This document shows, piece by piece, positions 25,880-36,196 of a DNA stretch of 64,000 nucleotides. The stretch covers positions 3,120-67,119 of the forward strand of contig JANWYV010000022.1 of the NCBI GenBank assembly GCA_025055075.1. The letters run 5' to 3'. Under the pieces are notes generated by a model, which was not told the origin of the DNA, ran no database searches, and saw nothing but the letters and a program-made list of their open reading frames with translations. How positions within the stretch are numbered: the first letter of the stretch is position 1; each line of letters opens with the position of its first letter. The position numbers and the translations under genes are program-made. The stretch is from Blastocatellia bacterium. Lineage in GTDB: Bacteria; Acidobacteriota; Blastocatellia; HR10.

Positions 25880-26826
25880 TGCGCCTGAGCGTTCCCGCTT
25901 TCGCGAAGATCAACTGGATGCTGGAAGTGCTGGATCTGCGCCCAGATGGGTATCACGAGATTCGCACGGTGCTGCAGACGATTGCGCTCGCGGACGTGCT
26001 CCATTTCGAGTGGATGGAAGACGGGATCGAAGTCGCATGCACACATCCGCAGGTCCCGAAGGGACCGGAGAATCTCGTCTTTCGGGCAGCCGAACGGTTA
26101 CGCAGCGCGAAAGGCGTGAAGGTGGGAGCGCGAATTCGGATCGAGAAGCGCATTCCCGTCGCCGCAGGACTTGGGGGAGGCAGCAGCAATGCCGCCGTTG
26201 CGCTCTTGGCGCTGGCGCGACTCTGGGAGATCCCGCTCGGGCCCGAGGAGCTGCTCGGTCTGGGACGAGAGCTTGGTGCCGATGTCCCCTTCTTCTTCAT
26301 CGGTGGGACGGCATTAGGAATCGGGCGTGGAGATGAGGTTTATCCGCTCCCGGATGTGCGAGCAGAGGTGTTGGTGCTCGCCAATCCCGGCTTCGCCCTC
26401 TCAACGTCTTGGGCTTATGGGCAATTGACAAAGCGAGCTGCCCCGGGTAACATTTCGGTTTGCTCAAGGGCTTGGCATCGCGCTGTGCGGGCATGGCCTG
26501 CGATTGGACCGGGTGAGGGGGGTGAGGCGACGCGGCCCCTCACTGCGATCGTCGCAGGAAATGACTTCGAGGCGGTTGTGCGGGAGCGATACCCGGAGCT
26601 GACGCGCGGGCTCGAGCGGTTGCGAGAGTGCGGGGCGCTCGCCGTCGGGCTCTCGGGAAGCGGACCAACGATCTTCGGGGTCTTTGAAAGCGAGCGCGAA
26701 GCCGAGCAGGCGGAAGCTGCTTTCGCGACGCTCGGTTGGTGGTGGGCGCGAACGCGGACGGTGGATCGGTCCGAATATTGGGCGCGCCTTACAGCCGGCC
26801 TTTCGGGCGAAGCGAACGGCCCTTGA
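25879..26826 (+). CDS. ispE: 4-diphosphocytidyl-2-C-methyl-D-erythritol kinase
   Basis: AKIN, DGYHEI, KRIPVAAGLGGGSSNAA, GADVPFF, LSGSGPT. Confidence 0.96.
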   Translation: MRLSVPAFAKINWMLEVLDLRPDGYHEIRTVLQTIALADVLHFEWMEDGIEVACTHPQVPKGPENLVFRAAERLRSAKGVKVGARIRIEKRIPVAAGLGGGSSNAAVALLALARLWEIPLGPEELLGLGRELGADVPFFFIGGTALGIGRGDEVYPLPDVRAEVLVLANPGFALSTSWAYGQLTKRAAPGNISVCSRAWHRAVRAWPAIGPGEGGEATRPLTAIVAGNDFEAVVRERYPELTRGLERLRECGALAVGLSGSGPTIFGVFESEREAEQAEAAFATLGWWWARTRTVDRSEYWARLTAGLSGEANGP

Positions 26827-26861
26827 GAGATCTCACTGCGGTTTCGGATGATTGGCGATGC

Positions 26862-26936
26862 TGGAGGGTGGTGAAACTGGCATCACACCGGCCTTTGGAG
26901 CCGGGTTTGAAGGTTCGAGTCCTTCCCCTCCAGCCA
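26862..26936 (+). tRNA. tRNA-Gln(UUG)
   Basis: Acceptor TGGAGGG/CCCTCCA; anticodon arm CCGGC-CTTTGGA-GCCGG; T arm GAAGG-TTCGAGT-CCTTC; encoded CCA; typical position between ispE and prs. Confidence 0.96.
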
Positions 26937-27039
26937 TTCCCCTCCCGAAGGCTCAGCGCTCACGATGTGTGCCCCCGCGAGGCTGGAAGCACTGCCATCG
27001 CGGCGGTGAAGGACTCTCAGCAGGGCGAGGGCGAAACGG

Positions 27040-27978
27040 ATGAACGGGATGAAGATTTTCTCCGGGAACTCGAACCGAGCCTTAGCCGAAGAGATCTGTC
27101 AATACCTGAAGGTCCCTTTGGGGAATGCGTTCCTCGGACGCTTCAGCGATGGCGAGATCCAGTTTCAGATCCTGGAGAATGTGCGTGGCGCCGATGTCTT
27201 CGTCATCCAATCCACCTGTCCTCCGGTGGATTCCAATCTAATGGAGCTGCTCATCATGCTGGACGCCTTTCGGCGCGCGTCGGCGCAGCGGATCACGGCC
27301 GTGATCCCATACTTCGGCTACGCGCGGCAGGACCGCAAGGACAAACCGCGCGTGCCCATCTCAGCCAAACTCGTGGCCGATTTGCTGACGACAGCGGGGG
27401 CCTCGCGCATCTTGACGATGGATCTGCACGCGGGCCAGATCCAAGGATTCTTCAGTATTCCGGTGGATCACCTCTTCGCCGCTCCGGTGCTGGTCGAGTA
27501 TTTCCGCCGAAAGGGAATTCCGGATTTGGTCGTCGTCTCTCCGGATGCCGGGGGAGTCGAGCGCGCGCGCGCCTATGCGAAACGCTTGGACGCGGAATTG
27601 GCCATCATTGACAAACGGCGGGAACGAGCCAACGTGGCTGAGGTCCTCCACATCATCGGAGAGGTCAAGGGGCGCACGGCGCTCATCGTGGATGACATGA
27701 TTGATACGGCGGGCACGTTGACGGAGGTGACCGAAGCGCTGTTGGAGGGGGGGGCTCGCGAGGTCTATGCGTGCTGTACGCACGCCATCTTCTCTGGACC
27801 AGCCATCGAGCGGATCGAGCGCGCGCCGCTGCGGGAAGTCGTCGTGACCAATACGATTCCGCTCTCCCCGCGCGGCCAACAGGTCTCGAAGATCACCTAC
27901 TTGAGTGTCGCTCCCCTCTTGGGCGAAGCGATCCGCTCGATTCACGAGGAGACCTCCGTCAGCCGATTGTTCATCTAG
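27040..27978 (+). CDS. prs: Ribose-phosphate pyrophosphokinase
   Basis: [43 protein letters not shown]. Confidence 0.98.
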   Translation: MNGMKIFSGNSNRALAEEICQYLKVPLGNAFLGRFSDGEIQFQILENVRGADVFVIQSTCPPVDSNLMELLIMLDAFRRASAQRITAVIPYFGYARQDRKDKPRVPISAKLVADLLTTAGASRILTMDLHAGQIQGFFSIPVDHLFAAPVLVEYFRRKGIPDLVVVSPDAGGVERARAYAKRLDAELAIIDKRRERANVAEVLHIIGEVKGRTALIVDDMIDTAGTLTEVTEALLEGGAREVYACCTHAIFSGPAIERIERAPLREVVVTNTIPLSPRGQQVSKITYLSVAPLLGEAIRSIHEETSVSRLFI

Positions 27979-28006
27979 AGTGTGTCGCCAGGGGAGGAGG
28001 GCGTCT

Positions 28007-28648
28007 ATGAGTCTTTTGGACGTGACCGTGTCAGCCAACATTCGGACGCGCTTGGGCAAAGGAGGAGCGCGGCAGTTGCGCCGCGCCGGGAAAATTCCGG
28101 CGATCCTCTATGGAGGCGCGGAGCCGCCGGTCCCGATCGCTGTGGAGAAAGCGCGAGTGCTGGAGATCTTCCGAAAGTATGGGCACACGAGCATCTTCAC
28201 GCTCGCCGTGGATGGGAACACGGTGCCAGTGATCATCAAGGATTGGCAATTAGACCCCATCACGGGCGTGCTCCTGCATGTGGATTTCCTGCGCGTGGAT
28301 CTCGGCAAGCCCACCCGCGTGAAAGTCCCCGTCGAGCTCGTCGGTGAGGCCGTCGGCGTCCGACAGGGTGGATTGCTCGATTTCGCGACGCATGAATTGG
28401 AGATCGAGTGCTTACCGACGGAGATCCCCGCGCGTCTGCAGGTGGACGTGAGCGCGTTGGAGATCGGGGATCACATCGCTGTGAAAGACCTGCAGCTTGG
28501 CGACCGGGTTCGCGTCCTCGATGATCCGGAACGCGTGATCGTGAGCGTGCTCGCGCCACGGGTGATCGCAGAAGAGGCTGCGCCGACGATGCCGGTCGAA
28601 CCCGAGGTCATCAAGAAGGGGAAAGCCGAAGAGGAGGAAGAAGCGTGA
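28007..28648 (+). CDS. rplY: 50S ribosomal protein L25 (CTC-type)
   Basis: GKGGARQLRRAGKIPAILYG, HVDF, GG.L; strong RBS. Confidence 0.95.
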   Translation: MSLLDVTVSANIRTRLGKGGARQLRRAGKIPAILYGGAEPPVPIAVEKARVLEIFRKYGHTSIFTLAVDGNTVPVIIKDWQLDPITGVLLHVDFLRVDLGKPTRVKVPVELVGEAVGVRQGGLLDFATHELEIECLPTEIPARLQVDVSALEIGDHIAVKDLQLGDRVRVLDDPERVIVSVLAPRVIAEEAAPTMPVEPEVIKKGKAEEEEEA

Positions 28649-29256
28649 AGTTGATCGTGGGGCTCGGCAACCCCGGCCATGCCTATGCCCGCACGCGGCA
28701 TAACCTGGGGTTTCGCGTGGTGGATCGTTTGGCGGAAATCCTCGGCGCGTCCATCGAGCGGCAGGAAGCCCATGCGCTCATCGGAGCTGCCCAAGCAGAG
28801 GGCGTCTCCCTTCTGCTGGCCAAGCCACAAACGTACATGAACCGGAGCGGGCATGCGGTCGGGGAATTGGTGCGACGATATGAGATCCCCTTGGAGGACC
28901 TCTTGGTCGTGCTCGATGATTTGGATCTCCCATTGGGGACGATCCGAATTCGCCGCAAGGGGAGCGCCGGTGGCCATCGCGGATTGCTCTCGGTGATCGA
29001 AGCGCTCACCAGCACTGCATTCCCGCGATTGCGGCTAGGGATTCGACCGCACGCCCCGATCGCCGACACGGTCGCATTCGTCCTCTCCCCATTCGAGCCC
29101 GACGAGGAGCCGATCGTGGAGGCTATGATCGAGCGCGCAGCCGCGGCCGCATTGCTCTGGGTGCGCGAAGGAATCGAGAAAGCGATGGCTGAATTCAATG
29201 CGCGAAAGTCGGCGCTCGCGGAACCATCGCCGGTCGCCGGCTGCCCTGAAGTTTAA
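28645..29256 (+). CDS. pth: Peptidyl-tRNA hydrolase
   Basis: GLGNPG, TRHNLGF, KPQTYMN.SG, GSAGGH.G, RLRLGI. Confidence 0.97.
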   Translation: MKLIVGLGNPGHAYARTRHNLGFRVVDRLAEILGASIERQEAHALIGAAQAEGVSLLLAKPQTYMNRSGHAVGELVRRYEIPLEDLLVVLDDLDLPLGTIRIRRKGSAGGHRGLLSVIEALTSTAFPRLRLGIRPHAPIADTVAFVLSPFEPDEEPIVEAMIERAAAAALLWVREGIEKAMAEFNARKSALAEPSPVAGCPEV

Positions 29257-29265
29257 GGGAATGTG

Positions 29266-29329
29266 ACTCCTCGCTTCGCCGAATGGCGAGGCTGTTCGGG
29301 AAGTCGCGAACATCCGTGAGGAGGAGGAC
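29266..29329 (+). promoter_or_regulatory. Probable S6:S18 ribosomal-protein leader RNA
   Basis: CTCCTC can pair with the GAGGAG SD; internal hairpins; CCG immediately 5' of the SD (catCCGtgaggagg), as in the known motif. Confidence 0.6.
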
Positions 29330-29752
29330 ATGAGAAAATACGAACTTCTCTTCATCGCTCGTCCGACGTTGTCCGATCAAGAGACGGCGGCCCTCACCGA
29401 GCAGGTGAAGGGACACATTGAGAATTTGGGAGCGACTGTCACCAACGTTCAACCCCTAGGGCGTCGTCAACTCGCGTATGAGATCGATCACGTGCGCGAG
29501 GGGACATATGTGCTCATGCATTTCGAGGGGCGGGGAACGGAGGTGGCGGAATTGGATCGCCGCCTGCGCGTCTCGGACGCCGTTCTGCGTCACCTCATCA
29601 TTCGGATTGATGATGAGCTGCGGCGGAAGGAGCGGATGAAACGCCGCCGACAACGAAAGGCCGCACGTCGAGCGCAGGCCGCAGCATCGCGGCAAGCGCG
29701 CGAGCAGAAATCCGGGACGCGGAACAAAAGCGGAGAAGAGGCGAAATCGTGA
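29330..29752 (+). CDS. rpsF: 30S ribosomal protein S6
   Basis: MRKYELLFI, GRRQLAYEI, EG.Y, VLRHLI. Confidence 0.96.
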   Translation: MRKYELLFIARPTLSDQETAALTEQVKGHIENLGATVTNVQPLGRRQLAYEIDHVREGTYVLMHFEGRGTEVAELDRRLRVSDAVLRHLIIRIDDELRRKERMKRRRQRKAARRAQAAASRQAREQKSGTRNKSGEEAKS

Positions 29753-29784
29753 GCTCGTAGCCCCACGGAGGGAGGTGACTGAAG

Positions 29785-30048
29785 ATGGCTGAGAATGTGA
29801 GTGTCGCGCCGACGATGAGCGGGATGACTCCGCAGCGAGTCCGCCGTCGTCGCGAATGCCGATTCTGTCGGGAGAAGGTGGATTGGATTGATTACAAGGA
29901 CGTCGAGACGTTGAAGGCCTTCATCCCCGAGCGAGGGAAAATCATGCCGCGCCGCCTCTCCGGCGTATGTGCTCCGCATCAGCGCATGTTGACGCGCGCG
30001 ATCAAACGGGCGCGTAACATCGCACTCTTGCCATATGTGACGGATTGA
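29785..30048 (+). CDS. rpsR: 30S ribosomal protein S18 (zinc-binding form)
   Basis: [34 protein letters not shown]. Confidence 0.97.
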   Translation: MAENVSVAPTMSGMTPQRVRRRRECRFCREKVDWIDYKDVETLKAFIPERGKIMPRRLSGVCAPHQRMLTRAIKRARNIALLPYVTD

Positions 30049-30083
30049 GCCGCGGAGGCCTCGGGCGCAAGGGGGGATTGCCT

Positions 30084-30554
30084 ATGGCGACGGTCGAAGT
30101 CTTACTACGGGAAGACGTGGAGCATTTGGGACGAAGGGGACAGATCGTGCGCGTGAAGGCCGGCTATGCGCGGAATTATCTCCTGCCGCGCGGGTTGGCC
30201 GTGCTCGCCACAGCGGCGAACATAAAGGCGGTCGAGCAGGAGAAACGGCTCCTTGAGCGTCGGGAAATGCGGGAGCGAACGCAGGCCGAAGCTGTGGCCG
30301 AACGGCTCAAGGAGTTGGTCCTCACATTCCCGCGCAAGGTTGGGGATCAGGATATGCTCTTTGGATCCGTCACCGCGATGGACATCGCCGCGGCGTTGGC
30401 CGAGCGGGGGATTGATGTGGATCGGCGCAAGATCCTCATCGAACACCCGATCAAGTACCTGGGCGAGTACACAATCCCCGTGAAGCTCCATCGCGAGGTG
30501 ACGGCCGAAATTCGGATTCAAGTCGTTCGCGAAGAAGGCGAATCTCAGGGATGA
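30084..30554 (+). CDS. rplI: 50S ribosomal protein L9
   Basis: VKAGYARNYLLPRG, LFGSVT, IK.LG.Y, KLH.EV. Confidence 0.97.
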   Translation: MATVEVLLREDVEHLGRRGQIVRVKAGYARNYLLPRGLAVLATAANIKAVEQEKRLLERREMRERTQAEAVAERLKELVLTFPRKVGDQDMLFGSVTAMDIAAALAERGIDVDRRKILIEHPIKYLGEYTIPVKLHREVTAEIRIQVVREEGESQG

Positions 30555-30605
30555 CCCTCTCCCTCATCCTGGCGGGCTTGGCAAGTGGCTCGCGCGTGAG
30601 AGAAG

Positions 30606-30643
30606 AGAGGGTCTCGACCTGAGGCGTGCCGCCGAGACCCTCT
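30606..30643. terminator. Hairpin between convergent rplI and TBDR genes
   Basis: AGAGGGTCTCG ... CGAGACCCTCT, an 11-bp stem. Confidence 0.6.
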
Positions 30644-30660
30644 TCCCCTCTTCGTCAGCT

Positions 30661-33657
30661 TCAAAACACGATCTTCACCGCGAGTTGCAGGATTCGAGGG
30701 TCGAACGTCTCCGTCGGCGTGCCGAAGTCAGTGCGGCGCACGAGCTTCCCCGCGTTGGGCCCACTTGTGGCGAGCGTGTACATGATGGCGTTCACGCTCG
30801 GCAAGGCCCCGCCCAAGGTGATCGTCCGAAAGTTCGTCCGATTGAGGATGTTGAACCCTTCGAAGATGAAGTGAAGTTTCGCCTTCTCTCCTAAAGCGAT
30901 CTCGCGGGTCAGGCGCGGATCGAGACTGACGAAGTTGAATCCGCGGAATGTGTTGCGCCCGAATCCCGGCACGCGATCCGTCCGCGCATTGGTGTCATTG
31001 TTGAGATCGGTCCCGACCAGGGCCGAGTAAGCGGGAGCGGATTGTGCCGTCAAAATCCCGCTCACGGACCATCCTCCGAGGATCGCGCGCGCCACACGAT
31101 TCTGCAGATTCCGCGCATAGGCGAGGTCCCAGATCCAACTGAGGACGAGGCGTTGGGGAATGTCCGTGTAGCTGATCCCTCGATCATCGCGGAGGTTGAA
31201 GGGATCTTGCACCTGCTTGGCGTCATCGCCACTGCTGAAGGCGACGACGGAGGTCGCATCCGGCGTATCGTCAATCGCTTTGGAGATCGTGTACGAGAGG
31301 AGGAATTGGACGTTGTGCGAGAATCGTTTGTGGACCTGAAAGGCCGCGCCGTGATAGATCGAATTCGCCGTGCTCTCGAAGAGGCTGATGCGGACGAACT
31401 GAGGGAGCAGGCGTCCGGGGAAGCGACGGTACGTCCGGATGCCTTCTCCGACGATCTCGATCTGAGCGAGCACGGGAGGGAGCAGATTGATGTTGCGCGT
31501 GCGCTGCAAATGCGTTCCCTTCACAGCGAGATAATTCGCCGAGATCGAGAGATTGGGCGCCAGCTCGTATTCCACCCCTAGGCTTCCTTGCTGGACATAG
31601 GGATTCACGTAATCCGGGGCGAAGACGAAGATGCTCGGTGGGGAGGGAACGCCTCCAGTTGGAGGCCGATCGAAGCGTTGCGGGTACGTCGGCACGAGAT
31701 CGCCCGTGAACGTGAGCACGCGCACGTTGATCGCGTTCTGGGAGTGAGCCTGAGCCGCCATGATCGAAGGCGTTCGCGCATAAAAGATGCCGTAGCCGCC
31801 TCGGATCACCAGCCGATGGCTGGCCAACGGACTCCAAGCGAATCCGAACCTCGGCGCGAAGTTGTTCTTGTCGAGATTGATGCGGTCGGTCCGAAGGCCG
31901 AGCGCGGCCAGCCCCGGATCGGGATTTCGCGTCGGGGGATCGGCGATGTTCTGGAGGTCGTAGCGAAGCCCGAGATTGAGCGTGAGGCGCGGCGTCACGC
32001 GCCAATCGTCTTGGAAGAATCCGGCGAATTCGCTGTTGTGAGGAAATGTCAGGGGACCTGTCGTGCCCTCACCAGCGAAGGCCTGCACGTAGCGCGAGGG
32101 GCGTCCCGTGGCGAATTGCGCCAGGCTGTCGAAGAAATACTGCCCACCGAATTGGCCGGGGAAGAAGTTCTTGATGCGGTCAATGTTGATGTCCACGCCG
32201 AACTTCAGCCCATGACGCCCGATCAAGGCCGAGAGGTTATTGACGAGTTGATACCGGCGGATCGTCGTCTCGCGCGGGCTGAAGAAATTTCGACCGATCG
32301 TCAGCACGACGCGTCCGCGCTCGCGGATCTCCGCTTCGGGCTTATCGCTGTTGGCTTTCCCGGGTTGTTTGTCGCGGGCGAATTGGAAGCGAAATTCATT
32401 CAGCCATCGCGTCGTGAGCGTCGAGCTGAGCGAGAGGGTGAGTGTGTCGGTCCAGACCAGACTATCCCCCGTATGTTCGAGAGCGCTCGTCTGCCCGGGA
32501 TTCTCCAGGTTTCCACCAGTGAAGCGTTGGGCATTATATCGTCCGCTCAGGCGATGTGCGGGAGAGATCTGCCAATCCCCCTTCCCCATGAAAACGTCTT
32601 GATCGAACGTCCGATTGTAGCTCTGGGCCAAGGCCAGGAGGGATTGAAAGGCGCGTTGTGAGTCCGGATCTGAGGGAGGGACGAATCCCGGCCCGCCCGG
32701 AATGACAACGTTGGGGAGCTTCTGGCGCTGTCCGTCATAGAGGAAGAAGAAGAACGCCTTATCGCGAACGATGGGGCCGCCGACATTACCGCCGAATTGG
32801 TTGATGTGAAACGGAGGCTTGGGCAAACGGCGGGCGTTGCTGAAGAAGTCGTTGGCATTGAGCGCCTTATCCCGATAGTACCAGAAGGCCGTGCCGTGAA
32901 ATTCATTCGTGCCCGATTTCGTCACGACGTTGATGACGGCTCCTCCAGCGCGACCGAATTCCGCGGAATAACTGTTCGTGTTGACCTGGAACTCTTTGAC
33001 GGCGTCAATGCTGAACTGATATGGGGCGCGCCCGGACCCCGTGCGGCCGAGCGTCTGGCCGAAGAACGTGTTGTTATTGTCCACGCCGTCAATTTGTAAG
33101 CTGTTGAGCGGCCCTCGCAATCCGCCGAAACTGAGATCTCCAGCGCGATGATCGCGCGTGACCCCAGGCGTCAGGAGGATGAAATCGAGGAAGTTACGAC
33201 CTTGTGCCGGTAAGTTCGCCACCGCTCGATCGTTGACCGAAGCCGCGACATGCGTGCGCGTGACTTCCACCATCGGGGGTTCGGCCGTCACGGTCACGAC
33301 CTCCGCGAGCGCTGCGGCTTGAAGCGTGAGGTCGAGCGTCAGCGTTTGTCCGACCATCAATCGGATCCCGCTGCGCTTGAGCGTCGCGAAACCTGGCGCT
33401 TCCGCGATCAGCTCGTACTCGCCGACGGGCAGAAGCGAGAGGTAGTAGTAGCCCACCTCATTAGTCATCGTCGCGCGTTCAAATCCCGTGTTCACATTCC
33501 GCACGGTGACCTTCGCATTTGGGATCACCGCTCCCGTTTGGTCGGTGATGGTCCCTTTGAGGATCGCATCGGAGGCTTGGGCGAAAACCGCCCCCGCGAA
33601 TCCTCCGAAGAGAAGAATCCAGAGGATGAAGCTTTGCGGGAATCGCGCTCGGCTCAT
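30661..33657 (-). CDS. Oar-like TonB-dependent outer-membrane receptor
   Basis: Carboxypeptidase-regulatory-like N-terminus (GTITDQTGAVIPNA), IDGVDNN, YSAEFGR, VTKSGTNEFHG, QDDWR..LTLNLGLRY, NFAPRFGFAW, C-terminal QLAVKIVF. Confidence 0.95.
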   Translation of the reverse strand: MSRARFPQSFILWILLFGGFAGAVFAQASDAILKGTITDQTGAVIPNAKVTVRNVNTGFERATMTNEVGYYYLSLLPVGEYELIAEAPGFATLKRSGIRLMVGQTLTLDLTLQAAALAEVVTVTAEPPMVEVTRTHVAASVNDRAVANLPAQGRNFLDFILLTPGVTRDHRAGDLSFGGLRGPLNSLQIDGVDNNNTFFGQTLGRTGSGRAPYQFSIDAVKEFQVNTNSYSAEFGRAGGAVINVVTKSGTNEFHGTAFWYYRDKALNANDFFSNARRLPKPPFHINQFGGNVGGPIVRDKAFFFFLYDGQRQKLPNVVIPGGPGFVPPSDPDSQRAFQSLLALAQSYNRTFDQDVFMGKGDWQISPAHRLSGRYNAQRFTGGNLENPGQTSALEHTGDSLVWTDTLTLSLSSTLTTRWLNEFRFQFARDKQPGKANSDKPEAEIRERGRVVLTIGRNFFSPRETTIRRYQLVNNLSALIGRHGLKFGVDINIDRIKNFFPGQFGGQYFFDSLAQFATGRPSRYVQAFAGEGTTGPLTFPHNSEFAGFFQDDWRVTPRLTLNLGLRYDLQNIADPPTRNPDPGLAALGLRTDRINLDKNNFAPRFGFAWSPLASHRLVIRGGYGIFYARTPSIMAAQAHSQNAINVRVLTFTGDLVPTYPQRFDRPPTGGVPSPPSIFVFAPDYVNPYVQQGSLGVEYELAPNLSISANYLAVKGTHLQRTRNINLLPPVLAQIEIVGEGIRTYRRFPGRLLPQFVRISLFESTANSIYHGAAFQVHKRFSHNVQFLLSYTISKAIDDTPDATSVVAFSSGDDAKQVQDPFNLRDDRGISYTDIPQRLVLSWIWDLAYARNLQNRVARAILGGWSVSGILTAQSAPAYSALVGTDLNNDTNARTDRVPGFGRNTFRGFNFVSLDPRLTREIALGEKAKLHFIFEGFNILNRTNFRTITLGGALPSVNAIMYTLATSGPNAGKLVRRTDFGTPTETFDPRILQLAVKIVF

Positions 33658-33712
33658 AAGAACGCCTCCATTTTGGATTTCAGCCTTCGTTCGAGTTCAA
33701 TTTGTAAGCGGG

Positions 33713-33741
33713 AATATGCCATCTCCTCCGTCGCTTGTCAA
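33713..33741 (-). promoter_or_regulatory. Sigma70-type promoter for the TBDR gene
   Basis: Minus strand TTGACA-17 nt-CATATT with extended -10 TG. Confidence 0.6.
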
Positions 33742-33940
33742 GCGAACGCTGCGCCCCGGCTGAACTCGCGGAAGGCTCGTGCGCGGGGTTCCGCGTCGGA
33801 TTCCTCAAGAGGCAGCGCGTCAGATCAAGGCGAGGGCAATCGGGCGTGAGACCGCTCGCGCCCTGAGTGCTCATGCTGTCGCAGCATCTTGGGGAGCGCG
33901 TGGAACTCCCGATTGGGGGTTTGGTACAATTCCCTCGCTT

Positions 33941-36196
33941 ATGGTGGAGCCGAAGCGAACACCCGTGCGGGCGTGGGTAGTGATCCTGAGCCTCTCGGCG
34001 GCAACGTTCATCGCCTTCATGGTGTTGCTTCTGCTCGGCGTCTTGCGCATCCCGCCGATGGATGTGGTGAGCGCTGATGAGACGCTGATCCTCTATTTGT
34101 TGACGGCGTTCAACTTCGTCGCCTTCTCAGTCTTCGCCTTCATTCTGGCGCGGAATCTGCTGCGGCTGATGCGAGAGCGGCGCGCGCGTCAGCTCGGCTC
34201 GCATTTGAAGGCGCGGCTCGTGCGATATTTCATCCTCATCTCGATCCTGCCGCTCGTCTTCCTGGCCATGTTCTCTTATCTCGTCATCAATCGCACGCTG
34301 GAGAAGTGGTTCGGCGAGCCATATCGCAATATCGTGCGGGAATCGGAGAAGCTCGCGCGGGCTTATGTGGAGGATGAGGTGGCCGATCTTCGAGCGACGC
34401 TCGATCGCATGGAGCGGCAATTGGCCGTCGGAGAGGCTCGATCCCGAGAGCGCGCGATCGCCGCTGAGTTGGAGCATCCGAAGGTGAGGGAGATCACCCT
34501 CATTCAAGGGACTCAGCCGCGGACCTGGACGAAACCGGGCTTCGTGCGATCGCCGCATCTCGAGGAGGCGTTCGCTGCGGCCATTGACGCTGTGCGGGCC
34601 GAACGCTCGTATGAGGCATTCCCCGTCGAAGGGGATGAAGCGCGATTCGTCGTTCTCGGCCGTCCCATCGGTGCGTCCTCTGAAGGGGCGAACGTCACTG
34701 GGATCATTCTCCTGGCGGAGGTTCCGCAGCAGATCGCCCGAGTCATGGCGGCGCTGTCCCGGCAGCAAGAGGCGTATGAGCAGCTCCATCGTCGGCAGGG
34801 GCAGACGCGGCGCGTCACGCTGCAGGTGCTCGGTGTGATCACGTTCTTGCTCCTTTTCGCCGCGACGTGGACGGGGATGTATTTGGCCAAGGGGATCACC
34901 GAACCGATTCAGGCCCTGGCCGAAGCGACGCAGCACGTCGCGCGGGGAGATTTCTCGCGACCCGTCGTTTGTGTGGCCGAGGACGAGCTGGCCATGCTTG
35001 TGGACTCGTTCAATCGAATGATCGCGGAACTCTCGGAGAACCGGCGTCGTCTGGAAGCTTCGGCTCGCGAGCTGCAGGCGATGAATCTCGCCCTGGAAGA
35101 GCGGCGCCGATATATCGAGACGGTGTTGGAGAGCTTGAGCACGGGCGTCATCTCCTTCGAGGAGTCGGGGCGGATCACGACCGTGAATCGCGCGGCGCGC
35201 GAGATGCTGCGCCTCTCCGATCCATTGCCCGCGGAGACGGCTGTGGATCTCTTTCGTTCAGTCTTCGGCGAGGCACAGGCGGCGATCGTCGAGGGCGTGA
35301 TCGCGCGCGCGTCCACAGAGGGATGGGCTGTGCAAGAGATAGATTGGCCGACGCCGATGGGACAGCGGCATCTCATCCTCACGGCTTCACCGTTGTGGGA
35401 CCCCGAGGGCGCGATGCGCGGCGCCGTCCTCATGCTGGAAGATGTCACCGAGCTCGTGCAAGCGCAGCGACAGGCCGTCTGGAGCGAAGTCGCCCGTCGC
35501 ATGGCGCATGAGATCAAGAATCCGCTCACGCCGATTCGGCTCTCGGCCGAACGGATCGCCAAGCATCTGCTCGGCGATCCGAAGGCGCTCGCCGAAGAGC
35601 GATATCGCCGGATCGTGCGGGAGGGAACGGCGATTATCCAGAGCGAGGTGCAGACCCTTCAACGGTTGGTGAACGAGTTCGCACAATTCGCGCGATTGCC
35701 GGAGGCACGCTTGGTCGAAGGGGAGATCAACGATGCGATTCGAGCGGCCTTGCAGCTTTACGATGAGCGTCCCGAGGGGATTGTGTTGGAGGCCGATCTG
35801 GCGCCGGATGTGCCGCGTCTTCGATTCGATGCTGAGCAGCTCAAGCGGGCGCTCGTCAATCTCATCGAGAACGCCGTGGAAGCGCTCGATGGCGTGCCGG
35901 GGGAGAAGCGGATCACCGTGAGCACGCGCTATCTGCCCGAGCGCGGACGCGTCCGCGTGAGCGTCGCCGACACTGGACCGGGAATTGCGCCGAGCGTGCG
36001 GGAGAGGCTCTTCACGCCCTATTTCTCGAACAAAGCGAAGGGCATGGGATTGGGCTTGGCGATCGTCCGACAGATCATCGCCGAGCACGGGGGAACGATT
36101 TGGGTGGAGGAGAACGAGCCGCGCGGCGCGCGCTTCGTCATCGAGCTGCCCGTCCTCGACCGTTCGTCATCGTCGCTATGGCCCACTCGATCCTGA
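33941..36196 (+). CDS. ntrY: NtrY-like HAMP/PAS sensor histidine kinase
   Basis: TM segments, HAMP, PAS, WSEVARRMAHEIKNPLTPI.LSAER, DTGPG, G.GLGL; extended -10 TGGTACAAT at 33922. Confidence 0.9.
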   Translation: MVEPKRTPVRAWVVILSLSAATFIAFMVLLLLGVLRIPPMDVVSADETLILYLLTAFNFVAFSVFAFILARNLLRLMRERRARQLGSHLKARLVRYFILISILPLVFLAMFSYLVINRTLEKWFGEPYRNIVRESEKLARAYVEDEVADLRATLDRMERQLAVGEARSRERAIAAELEHPKVREITLIQGTQPRTWTKPGFVRSPHLEEAFAAAIDAVRAERSYEAFPVEGDEARFVVLGRPIGASSEGANVTGIILLAEVPQQIARVMAALSRQQEAYEQLHRRQGQTRRVTLQVLGVITFLLLFAATWTGMYLAKGITEPIQALAEATQHVARGDFSRPVVCVAEDELAMLVDSFNRMIAELSENRRRLEASARELQAMNLALEERRRYIETVLESLSTGVISFEESGRITTVNRAAREMLRLSDPLPAETAVDLFRSVFGEAQAAIVEGVIARASTEGWAVQEIDWPTPMGQRHLILTASPLWDPEGAMRGAVLMLEDVTELVQAQRQAVWSEVARRMAHEIKNPLTPIRLSAERIAKHLLGDPKALAEERYRRIVREGTAIIQSEVQTLQRLVNEFAQFARLPEARLVEGEINDAIRAALQLYDERPEGIVLEADLAPDVPRLRFDAEQLKRALVNLIENAVEALDGVPGEKRITVSTRYLPERGRVRVSVADTGPGIAPSVRERLFTPYFSNKAKGMGLGLAIVRQIIAEHGGTIWVEENEPRGARFVIELPVLDRSSSSLWPTRS

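Noticed and set aside
26862..27040. tRNA as an integration site for an island or prophage
   Set aside because: No integrase, no duplicated tRNA 3' end seen, and the ispE-tRNA-prs order is intact.
26852..27043. 63-aa ORF, and the 291-aa ORF at 26736-27611
   Set aside because: They overlap tRNA-Gln and prs; spurious.
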